A stretch of 64,000 nt of DNA from Raillietiella orientalis (Eukaryota), in contig JAYWIR010000018.1 of the NCBI GenBank assembly GCA_036172245.1, forward strand, positions 1,860,001-1,924,000. The letters are read 5' to 3'. The notes under the pieces were generated by a model. It had not been told where the DNA came from. It made no database searches and worked only from the letters and a program-made list of their open reading frames with translations. The position numbers and the translations under genes are program-made. The stretch's first letter is position 1. Every line of letters starts with the position of its first letter. Of this stretch, positions 27,501-38,800 are shown piece after piece.

Positions 27501-30441
27501 CGGGTCGCACCGGTTGTTGGCATTCCCGTCGCGTGCAGTGGGCGAACGGGCGAGCAGTCGACGTGAGCCTGATCGTGATCCATGCTTTGCCCTGCGCGAC
27601 AGCTCCTCGGTGGAAAGGCAAAAAGAGGACGCACGCGAACTGAAACCCGTCCGTCGGTGCACCTCGGCCAGCAGCGCGCGTGCCCACTGGGAAGCGGGGG
27701 CGGAGGACCGGTCTCGTCACCCAGGGGCCGCTCTGCGGGAGTCGTGTCAGCCGCACGAGCATTCCCGGAGAGGGTAGAATGCTTACGCCAGGCGAGGACA
27801 GGGGATCTGTGACTCAGTCCGTCCTCCCTGGCAGCTCCTTGCTGTTCGCTGAGCTCAAGAGTGCCGCCGCCTGCGAAACGCCAGCGCTAGCGGACTGAGC
27901 CGGTCGCCAAGGGGCGCCCTCTGCCATCGCCTCCTAAGCGGGAACACCCCGCATCGGACATCCTGCATCCACGGACGTGGGAACGGCCAGTCCCGCCGCG
28001 TACAAGAGTGCAGAAGCTACTTGTCTGGGGATGCCGTCGAGGTGGCGGTCGCATCCGTCTGCGCCGCCGGAAGCACGCACGAAGAACGGAAAGCCAGTTG
28101 TCCCGGGCGCCCATTCCCGGTCCGCAAGAAAGCAAGCAAGGAGAGAGGAAGAGGGAAAAGGAAAACAAAAACAGCTGAACGCTTCCGACGCCGCTGGTCA
28201 GGTGCCGTCCACGCAAACACAAAGTCTCCGAGCTCGCCGATTTCCCGGCTGCTGCAGGCAATGCCCGGGTGTTTCCGAGTTGTCGTTCGCCGCCGCTGCC
28301 TGCCGCGCGCGGCGGCGTCCACGATCGCCACATGGCTCGGGGCGGACGGGAGCCCAACTGCTGCATCGGGCGCTCTGCGTCGGCTGCTGCTGCTGCTGCT
28401 ACTCGCCCGCTTTCGGGGGGAGGCCGCGTGCCCTGAGATCTTCCGCTACCGCTGTGTCGGCGGCCCCCACGCTCTGCGCATCACGTCAAGCGGTCAGCAT
28501 CGACGACGCCTTCCTTTCGATTCGTCGCCTGGAGCCGTTCTGATGAGCATCTATATTCCCTTGCAGCATGCGGATGGCGTCTTCTCTTCCTCGCGTACTT
28601 CCCTGACGTCTCCTCTTCCACCACTCATCCTCCCGTGCGACAGCGTTCTCTCCGCGAGTGGACTCACGGACAGTTGCCGACCTGGGACCCCGACCCGCGA
28701 ACGCACCTCCAGCTCGCCACGACACCACGCCGCAGTCCGCGTGAAGGACTGCGCAGCTTCCTTGCGGGCGAGCGAGTCTCGAAGATGGGAACTCCCGGCT
28801 CGCTCTGCTGGCTCCAGCAAGCCTACCTCGGAAAGCGGTCGCGTGCGAGACTCGCCGCCCTAAAGAATCGACCTTCAGCCGTTCCTGGTGCGCGGCGCCG
28901 TTCCGCGAAGCACCTGCACCCGGCGGATGCGCCTCCCTCTTCCGGAACCCCGGAGGCCGCTCGGGGCTTTCCGCACCGCGGGAGGAGGCGGCAGCGTGCG
29001 CGTCAAGCCCATCTTCGCCGTGGCATTCTCCTCCACTTCCTTCCGCGTCCGCCCGCCCTCCCTCGCTTCGAAGGCGCTCGTCGGCCGGCGGCTGTCCGAG
29101 CACGGAGCGATTGCCGAGGGGAGGTCTGTGCTAGGCTGGCCAGCAGTGGCCGCAGACCCGCTTAGCCCCATCCCCTTCCCGAAATGCGTTCCCGGACGCA
29201 GAACGTTCCGGAAGCGGAGCGGACGATGGGGAGCGCGCGAGCGACGTCGGCGCGGCGAGCCGGCAGCGGGCGAAAGAGGAGACGGTTCGCCCGTCCCGGC
29301 CGCCGGGGTGCTCCCTAGGCGCACGCCGCACATCGAGCTGGAGTCTGTGCGAGAGCCCTGGGCCGTCCTCTGCTTCCGCGCGTTCCCGTGGGAACTCCGC
29401 TCCCTCCCCGATCCAGGTAACGGGAGAGGCGCCCTACTCCGGTCGCCGGGCACCCGATCCCAGTTGTCCTAACGAACTTGGGATGGTCGCTTGAATTATT
29501 CATCGCGCGTTGGCAGCGCGACGACGGTCGTCAGGGCGATCGACCATTTGCCTGGGCATGCGGCGCGGGCGTGCGGAAATCTTGCAGTGGGCGGACTGGT
29601 GGGAAGGGGACGTCTGCGTGAAGGGCGGGTCGCTGGAGCGGGAGATGCAGGGCGGTTGTCGACGCTGCTCTCGACGCGCAGGCGCGCGCGGATGGGGTGG
29701 AACGACACGTGCCGCTACCGGCGCCTCTCGACGCGATGCCCGCGATGCTTCCCCGAAGCGCCCTGCATCCCCGCGACGGGTTCGACCGGTGGGCGCTGCG
29801 TGGAAAATGCGCTGTGGCTTCTTTCGTGGCCGGGCACGGGGATGGTGGGAGTACGCCCGCGTTACCCGCGGCAGAGGACTCCGTCGGTTCCGGGTGCGCC
29901 CGCGGCTGGCACGGAACGCGGGTGCCTGCCTCGCTGCATTCGGGCGCGCATCGTTTCGCAGGATGCGAGCGCGGTATCGGTTGCCGACGGCACGCGACCG
30001 CGATCTGTGGGTGTCGCTCACGCAAGCCGAAGCATTGCGTGAGCAACCGACGCCTCTCGTCGCGAGGGTCGCTTTGCTCCAGCGTCCCTACCCCACCTGC
30101 ACCTCCCGGTGCGCGCGGGCGTGGCTCCCCGACTCACTCGAGTTGCCGTGGAGTATGACGGGCACCGACGTGCAGACGATGACTTCGGGAATCGCCACGT
30201 GCGAATCGCGGTTTTCGCTGTGGTAGATGAACTGGGCGTTCTCGTTCACGCTGGAGATGTGCAGCAGCGACTCGTGCACGCAGAAGATGAGCGCCGACGA
30301 GACCACGGCCAGCCAGAGCAGCTTGCACCTCACGCTGGTGGACCGGGAAATGTGGCCCAGACCGTGGAACGTGGATCGCTGCAGAAACTCGTGGAAGTAG
30401 GCTGACAGCTCCTTCGAAGCGGGAAGAGGCACCTTGGCCAT
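18574..30441 (-). CDS. DEG/ENaC (amiloride-sensitive sodium channel, pickpocket-like) subunit, ~472 aa; exons 30441-30138, 24362-24185, 24139-23940, 23860-23715, 22408-22246, 21860-21729, 19743-19677, 19560-19472, 18713-18574
   Basis: N-terminal HG motif FLQRSTFHGLGHI; TM1 KLLWLAVVSSALIFCV; post-M1 IPEVIVCT; SCRDFVQSC...CCDEVF...KCF; HGCVP...LPVCGP; DVTVYF; TM2 LSDIGGIVSLSLGGSFISMMEVFVLLF with a GxS filter. Nine exons join in phase to 1419 nt. Exon 19743-19677 needs a GC donor and is the least certain. Confidence 0.85.
19964..20150 (-). mobile_element. Decayed ORF1-like fragment in an ENaC intron
   Basis: GRVHAL...LEGLLWACAATARVGLWDDRG resembles GTVHAM...YNKLFSGMAAARVTAHDNGG of the ORF1 at 52.7 kb. 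Confidence 0.3.
22700..23100 (-). mobile_element. Decayed ORF2 C-terminal fragment in an ENaC intron
   Basis: SVAFLSWKHRRAAIL...WAPLKENTCPDSGDADHLQRHRVILVD parallels TSALPLKWQESALLL...WGAVEPKCVRFGERESLPHLIVD at 54.3 kb. Confidence 0.35.
25351..25500 (-). repeat. Short repeat shared in inverted orientation with 52445-52594
   Basis: The reverse complement reads ...CCTTCGAACTCTCTCGGGTGGGCAAGAGGAGAGGGGGAGGGGGATATTGCGTGCAGTCGACTGCTCA, matching 52528-52594 with few mismatches. Confidence 0.85.
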
Positions 30442-33229
30442 TCCGGAGCCTGCGGGCGTCCGTGCTCGCACGCTCCGGCCTACTCGACTGCCGTTCCGGG
30501 AAGCGCGTGGTACGGACTTCCCCTTGTCCCCCCCCCATCCCCACACCCCGTCGGAGGTGCGGTGCGTGCGCGCAGCGCGGAGTCCTCGTGAAAAATTGAC
30601 GAGACCGCCGCATTGCGAGGCGGTTCCCGGCACCGTGTTGGCATGGAGGCAAGGCGGAGCCGAAACGGAAGTCGCCGTTCGAGCGCGGAGGGGCAGCGGC
30701 TGGAACAGCTCGCGGGATAGCCAGCCGCCCGTCCGTCGTTGGGAGTAGAGAGCCCAACGCACCAGCGACGGGAATGGTGTCTGGCCGCGGAGGTGCAGGA
30801 GGAATTCGCCGCTTTCCGGATGCTCCCGGCGCTAGAGTGCTTTTTCTCACGGGCAGCTTTCGGAGCGTTGCTGGGACGGCAGGAATTTTGTCTACTTGTA
30901 GATGCTTTCTGGTCTCGCGGCAGGGTGGCCACGCAAGGAGGCAGGGCGCGTTTTCTATTTGCTGTTTTTTCTCCACAGTTATCCGAGTGGTGGCTTTCGG
31001 CTGCCTTGGATGGACGGGATGGTGAGTTGCGCGCCGTATTTCGTTCGCGAGGGAACCGTGCTAAGGCACTGCGACTGGAGAGTGGCAGTGGGAATGTAGG
31101 AGGTCTGGAATGCTCATGCGTCTTGGTGGGAAGGGCACGAGCGCAGGCACCGTGAATAGCCGCGCTAGTTGGTCAGTCCGACGCGGAAGGTGGGCGACAG
31201 CAGTTCTGCCCTCTCCAAGGAGCTGGTATCGGAAACGAGCGCGCGTGATGCGCGGCGTGGAGGAGGAAGAAGAAAAAAAATGGCCCAAGGCAGCTTGGCA
31301 GCCGAGTTTCGTTCTCCCGCTTTCAACTCTTTCTCCGGCTTGTGAAACGCTGTCCCGGGATGCTGCTCTCGGAGACGGAGTCGCTGAACTCCGCCGCTAA
31401 ATGGAAAGCTGCTGGCTAAGATGTGTGAGAGACCGTGCGTCTGCGCGACGGGCGAATCGCATCCACAAGAGAGACAAGTGAGAGGAATCTCTCCCGTGCA
31501 TCTGCAGTCGCCACCGCGAGTCAAACTGCGTCCCCGGCGCCAGTAGACACGCCGACCTAGTAGTGAACGGCGGATTTGAGAAACAACAACTTGAAAACAG
31601 TGGGGATAGAGCAGCGTCAGTCCAGGATTCTCCCGGGCGGCACAACACCGAATGGACCATCGAACCACCCGACCACCGCCGTCTTCCCTCACCGGTGAGA
31701 CCGCGCTGACAGCTCTTTGGGATGCAACGCAGCAGAGGAAAGAGAGCAAGCTGAGGTCCTCCCTCCCACAGAAGAGCTCCCGCCTTGCAATCTTGCTGAG
31801 TCCCGGATCCAGGGGACAGCACCAAACGAGTCAACAAAAGGCGACAGAGTTCTCCAACGTTCAACTCCCGGGACACGGTGCATCGGTTTCGAGATGAATG
31901 GGGCCCCTCCGATGAAGAAGGTGCCCCCTTGGACCGAAAGAGCTGGGTGCACCGAGGCGGCGGATCCCTGGGTATCACCTTTCGGCATTTCCGTTCCCTT
32001 GCAAAGGACGAACTGCGCTTCCGAGCTAATGCCAGGGTCAGCTTCAGCTAGCGGGTCCGCCCGCTTCTAGGCTTTCCCCAGACGGAATCGGAACAGGCCA
32101 GTTCGTACGACCTCCATTCCTCCTATAGAATATCCGTGCGATGAAAAGGAGAAAGAGAGAGGAGGGGATGGTTGCCCGACTCGTTTGGTTGCTCTCTGTG
32201 CTCATCGTTCTTGTGACGTCTCCTCTCTTGAGAGACGTTCTTCCGTCGTCTTCTTCTAGTACGTGTTTCCGAATTTTCCAGAAGATGGCAGCAGCGGAAT
32301 GTTTTCAGAGGCGTTTTCCCCAATGTGGGGAAAACGCCTCTGGCCAGTATCCTCGCCCTCGGAACATTCACGGTTACCCTGAAAGCACGAGTGTGATTTC
32401 GCGGAAGACCGTTTGCTGCCTCTGGCAACGTTTCGTCTCGTCCTGACGGGCATTCCGGTCCCCCGCGATCCATGAGTCTTTGCTGAGCCTCGAGGTCGAC
32501 TGTTTCCCTTTCCGTCTTCTTCAGCTCACTCGTTCTTGGTCCGCACTACTTTTGCTGAGCAGACGCGGTTCGGATGTTCTCCTGGAGCCTGTCCCGACCG
32601 TTCCTTCGGCGCCCCGGAGATCTCCGCTGGATGCCTCGCTTTGTTGGCTACCAACTCGCCTGCAGCCAGGCGCATCCTGTACACTCGTCCGAGGAAAAGG
32701 ACGGGAGCTCTCTCTTTGCGAGGTGAGCCGGGAGAGCTTGCCTTAGAAAAAGAGGAGGAAGAGGAGGAGAAAGCGGGACACATGAACCTTCATCCCATCT
32801 GGCTGCTGTTTTCTGACCGCTCTTCTTTCAGATTTTTGCAGTGCCTCTGATTATGATTTATCTTCTCTAACTAATCGCACCCCCTGCAATGGTCGCCGTG
32901 GTGGATGCCATCCGGTCAGTCGACTGTGAAGCTGCAGCAGCGCTGGCCGATGTTCACAAGGAACCTCTCTTCACTTGCTGTTGCACTCAAGTACGCCGCT
33001 GGTCCGGGCAGGCGGCGAGTCCACTCCTTCTAGCGCCCTACAGCCAGACTCGCCCTATAGGAAACAGGAGGTTATGAAGGTCAGGTGAGCCTCCGGCAGA
33101 TCTCGTGAATCCCTCTGAGTTCCCCTGGGTTAGTCGTCAGTGCGAAGATCAACCGGGAAGACAGCTCAATAGGAAGACATAGAACCGAGGACGGACTTCT
33201 GCAACTATCCCGGAGCAGCAGCTGCGCGT

Positions 33230-33800
33230 CTGGTGCCACCAGTTGCACTTCTCGTAAATTGTATTGCCCTCCGACCCTTGTGGTTGCGTTATGCAACGGC
33301 CCTTGGTGCACCGACGGACAATCACAGGGACATGATCAAGCCCCTCTTCGTGCGCGATGCCCTTTGGCCTGCCGCATCCCTAGCAGCTCTTTGCTGCCTA
33401 CGCGGGATTGTGGCGTCCTGGAGCTACGCGACAGAAGAACGGCATGAGAGGGACGCATCTGCTTCGCCCTGCACTTCCTGCAGACGGCAGCAAGATGGCC
33501 TCACCTGGGGCATACTCGGATGGAACTTGCCGACATCCTAGAAAGGATGCAGAGGACGCCTTCCAGAGGACAGTGATCCCCTCCCGTGCCCCCCAGAGTT
33601 ATTTTTCTTACTGATTTTTATTTTATTTTTATTTTTGTTTGCACCCTCCATCTCCGCTGCCGAGGCCCACTTCGTCGGCCTGCGTGCCCGTTACTCAACA
33701 GGTTCCGGACATTTTTGTACGATGTAGGGTTGACGACCCTACACATGTATGTTTATTATTTTTATAATAAACGCCCTGGCGTTACTGAGTGTTAAACCAG
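33230..33800 (+). mobile_element. 3' end of an L1/Tx1-like non-LTR element, same family as the 49-55 kb fragments
   Basis: PLFVRDALWPAASLAALCCLRGIVASWS matches LLFVWDALRPAAALAAVCCIRGIVAAWS (53948-54778 minus). It shares CAGTGATCCC(C/T)TCCCGT at 33571, a T-rich UTR and AATAAAC at ~33766. Confidence 0.8.
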
Positions 33801-35894
33801 TTGCGTTGCGGGGACTCTTTGGTGGCTTCTCGCCCATTCCACTCGCCTCCCTGCCGCCTTCGTGCCGAGGGAGGATGGCAACACGAGGAGGCACTGCCCG
33901 CACGCTTGGTGCTTTTCATTTCCACGGTCCTTCGCGTGGCTTTCCTCTGCTTTTGGGAGGAAATGGATGCGCGTCGTGTTTCGGTCGGTTGCAAGTGGAA
34001 CACGGAGCGGTTCTCCAATCCACAAACCCGTACAATGTCGTCCACCGCGACAGCACTCAGAGAAGAGCAGCTGCCCAGCATTCTAAATGTTGAACTCAGA
34101 AAGTTCGGGTGGAACAGAAAGAGGGAGAGGGAGCGAATCGACCGAGAAATCTCTCCCGTTCGATCGTCCGCAGAGACGGATGGGATGCACGCAGCCTCCT
34201 TAGACGCGAAACGGAGAGAGAGGCCGATAGTCCGCCTGACCCAGCTACCCACCCCCTTTCCCCGCGGCAAGTCGCTCTCGAGCACCAACTTCTTCCACCT
34301 CTTCTGGAACGAAGTCCGAAAGAACGGGGTAGCTGCGACATCCTCGACTCTTCAGCGACGCAGCAGCGTTCCGGAAACTCCCGTGCTCTTGCCAAGCAGC
34401 ATGAGCGCGGTCTGGAATGCGCAAGTAACGCTAGAACTTCGGAGAGCGGATGCGCACGCGCTTTCCGACGGGTCGCGGACGCAGAGCTCCAAAGACACAG
34501 GCCGGAACGCATGCGACGGTTACTTGGGAGCGGGGGGAACAGCGTCCGTCTCCGAAAAGACGAGAGTGAAGCAAGGGCAGCAACGATGAGCACTCTCGAG
34601 GGAGGCAGCCGAGGATACCACGCACAAACGCGCTTTGCGCGTTCCTCGGTTTGTGAAGCGGTAGAAGAATTCCAGCTGCCGCCTTTCTGGGGGCGAAGCG
34701 AACGCGTTCTGGTCCTTCGGCGCCTTTGACTCCGCCGCCGTGGCTCCTCATCGAGGGAAGGAGTCGGGTGTGTGTCGAGCCCGAGACCTAAGAGTGCTGG
34801 GCGGGTCGCTCTTCATGCAGACCCTCTTGTTCCGAGCGCAGTCACATCCCTTCGTCGCGGTGAGGAGAGCAGGGAGGGCTCAAGACGAACGGGGCTCGTT
34901 TCCACGGAGGGAAGCGCGCGAACCGCGCTTTGTGGCAACGGTCCGTGTTGCAATAGGAGGTGGCAGTGGTGCGAGGCCACTGGCAGGCAGATGCAACTCT
35001 TCACCACAGGGTGGTGTGCGGGGGGGGGGGAGGCATGCTCAGATCCTGGAGTAGCCAAACGAAAGAGGGAAGGAGGAATGGAGTTTCGAAGTGACGAAAC
35101 ACGCTGCGTCGCTGATGTCGAAAGTTTCACTTGGCAACGGCAGCGTTGCGCGCAATCTGAGAGAATGAGTTGCTGGCCGCACTCGGGAAGCGCAACGCTA
35201 TCTCTGCCGTCTTTGAGATCCGGTCTCTCCGCACTCGCATGAAGAGTCTCCGATAGAGCCCTGCATCCAGGATGTGGACTCTTACTTGACGGTAGTTTTC
35301 CTGAAACCTTTAGCTCGCGGTGAACATCACTTTTCTTTCGAAATGCATGCTCATCGAGAGAAGGCCACCGAAACAACGCCTTTAGCGATAGAGTTGTTGG
35401 CACGCAGATGCCAGTCCAGCACTCCTCAAAGCCCTGCCAGCATGGAATCACCCACTGCTACATGAGGCTGGTCCAGCATCCTGCAGCAGAAAGGGGAGAT
35501 GAGAAATACCACATAGAGAAAGTGGTCGCGATACGTTTCAGAGCAGACCCTTAGTCCCAGGAGCTCTGCGGAAAAGCAACAAGCGGAATCAAATGGTGAG
35601 CTAAGGTCAACTATGCACCTCTAGCGAGAGGGAACGTGGGTACCGACTTTTGGAGCCAGGTCGATGCTGCTCCTACTCACCGAAAAAAAAAAAAACGAAC
35701 CTTTCCCGTGACGAGGGAGGGTGGCAAAACGAGGAAGCAGCGCACTCACTCCCGGTGCTCTTTTTTTCCAGTGAACTTTGGGTGGATTTCCTCTGCCTTT
35801 GGGAACACAGGATCATGGGGTGCGCGTCGGGCTTCGATCAGTTGCAAGCGAAACACGAAGCAGTTCTTCAGAAACGATGCAGGAAACTACGGAG

Positions 35895-38800
35895 GCCGTG
35901 ATGTAAGAAGCGAATGGCTGAGCGGGGAACTCCATTCGAAGACCCCACTGCGCCAACGATACCCCGCCGGACTTCGCTCCACTAATCAGGACGGGGAGGA
36001 AAGGGAAAAAGTACCGAAGAATTCCAAGTGGAGTCAAAAAAACACAGCTAAGCCAGAAAAAAAAAAACAGCAGCTAAGTTTTGTCCCTTCGCCAAGTCGA
36101 AGCCTTCATCCATTCGGCGGGATACAAAACACGGATTCTGCGTGCGAGCGCAGCAGACGACCGTGCGGGAGAGCTCATTCCTTCCTGCCACCATCCATGC
36201 CCCAGGGCCACAGAGCGAGCAAACCCCAAAACACACCCGAGTCGCAAATCTTCCCGAGGTGCAAGAACTTAAGGCGCCAGGCGGAGGTCCACAGCGCCAT
36301 TCGAACCATCAACAACCAAAGGGTGATAAAGACAGCAGAAGGAGGTGACTCGTTCACATTGCTTTCAAATGTGATCACATCTGGGACGACAGCTCCCAGC
36401 AAAAGACCGCAACAGCTCATCAAACACGGGATCACAAAATGCAGGTGACCTTCAATTCAACCTACTCTTAAAAGGTGTTCCTCCGCCATTCAAACACAAG
36501 GTGCATTCCCTTCTCTTCGCCTTCACATTCAGCAAAAGAGCTGTTACGCTTATCTTTCTCCTGATCGTTATCTAGGGAATTTCGGGAACACTCATGAGAG
36601 GATTTCTCACGAATTCTTCGTCGCCACAGACGAGAAGACAACAGCGAAACGAAAACAAAACGAGAAGTACCCATCACCCACGCTTCCGCGTTGTGCTTCT
36701 CGAGATTCACCTTCCGCTGTCCAACTCGTATGCCCAAGAAAAGTCCCTTTCGCATAGGAAGAACCAAAGGTGCTTTAACCGTTCCGTGGATCCGTGCCCT
36801 GCAAGGATGTCTTCCTTCATGCACGTGAGGACGGCACGCAGATGCCAGTCCAGCACTCCTACAAGACTTGTCAGCGTGCTTTTCAAAATCGGACAATGCC
36901 ACAGGCATCTTCTGCTTCTTTGACCATTCGGCTGCACGCTCAAATGCCACAGGCGGTGCACTCAGTAACTCCAAGGAGGAGAAATAAAGCCACCGAGCGA
37001 AAGAGATGACGACAGTTTGAGGACCGATCACGCAGCCGCTCATCTCCAGGAACATGCAGGCGTAAAAATAGTAACGCTACTGGTCCATCCTGAGGCCAAT
37101 GCATGAGGAGCTTCAGATTAGGGCCTTCAAGCCGTAACAGAAGATAACGACACCTGACACAACTTACACACGGCTGCCAAACGTACACACATCTCATTTC
37201 GCGACACATCACGCTTTCAACAGTTTCCTCCGCACGCATCTTCAACCTTGTTGCCATTTCATCTCGTCGTCACGAGACCGCCAATACAAAACAACGAAGC
37301 GCAACCTCCATTCCTGGTTGCGGAGACCTCGAATTTTCACAAACGATCGACATAACAGCCACACATATTCCTCCAACACGACACTAATGGGAAAAATAAT
37401 GATTCAAAGAGAGAGTCCTGGGAATCCCACCTCCAGCATAGCAAACAGACACGTTGAAACGACTGCTCGCAATTGAAGGATCCATTTCTCAGTGTATAAG
37501 ATGATACCCTCATGTGCTCGCGCATTCCTCACTGCTGTTCATCTGTTTCCCACATCGCCCTTCGTGAAGATCGCTTCCTCCTTTCCGACTTTACGCGAAC
37601 TTCGACTCCCGTAAGAAGCGAATAATCCATGTGTAATTCGAGCCGTCATTCCACCTGCTGGCAAAGAAATCTCACGTCCACAAAGCTTGGCGACCACAGT
37701 GCGGACTTCCTTCAGGGGAAGCGCGAACGCATTCTGCGAAGAACGGCGTCAGGGACCGCTCCTCTTAACCCCTTTCTCTGTCTTCCAGCAGTGCATTCCA
37801 AGTACTCCCGGAAGAATGCGACACATGAAGCTGCAATCCGCCACAATTGTGCTGCTTGTTTTGGCAATCGACAAACAAACGGATGGCTTCGGTCATGCCG
37901 CAGGAGAGGGTACACGTGTCCCTAAAATAGGTAAAACCGAGTTTCAGGGAAGTTTGAACAATTTCCACGGCTCCCCACAACAGCCATAATAGGTGCGGGG
38001 ATTGGCGGCAGCGCAGCCGCTTATTATTCCCGGCAGGAATTCGGTGAAGACGCCAAAATAGACATCTATGAGGCTCAAGAGGTAGGGGGACGCTTAGCAA
38101 CTGCAGAAATCGACGGATCCAATTTCGAAATGGGAGGATCAGTAATTCACCCCAAGAATCGCTACATGGTGGAACTCGCCAAAATCACGAAGTCCGGTGA
38201 GCCGAACTTCCATTCCATTCCTGCATGCCAAGGCGACAAGAGCGTTTCCGTCACGATCCTCACTGCACCGCAACACATTCGAGTACCTCCGAGCGACCTC
38301 GGCCAGGTAGCGTGACCATTCGGCTGCACACGCTGAAAGCGAGCTCCACCCTACTTGGTGGTGCGCATACTCGCATTGCGAGGAAGAATCCAGCGAGACG
38401 GGCATAACCCCTGACCAAGGACTGCCGTCCCCCGCGTTCCCCAGTTCCGGATACACCGTGCGTCGACGTACTGCAAACGCCCGCCGCGCAGTCGAAGGAG
38501 CATCAGCAGCGCTCGAGAAGATGCGGAAACGGAAAGCGGGAAAATGGCGCTGGCTGGCGCGCGAAGACATCGAGCACGTGCTCCGCTCGCGAAAGAGCTG
38601 GGCTCACACTCATGGACGGTGGGCTGCATGCTGAGGAGGAAGACTGCCCGCTTGGTGACCATGCTGCACGCGTTACCGCCGCGGCTGAGGTAGCTTGCAG
38701 GCTGCTCGTTGACGGCAGCGTCATTCCTCTTCCCACCTTTCTCCTTCAACTCCCTGGAACGGACTCTCAAGTCGTGGGTTCGCAAACGAAAGCTGCGATC

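Noticed and set aside
31000..33200. Possible gene or further retroelement pieces upstream of ENaC
   Set aside because: Looks like decayed repeat sequence, but I could not identify a diagnostic motif.
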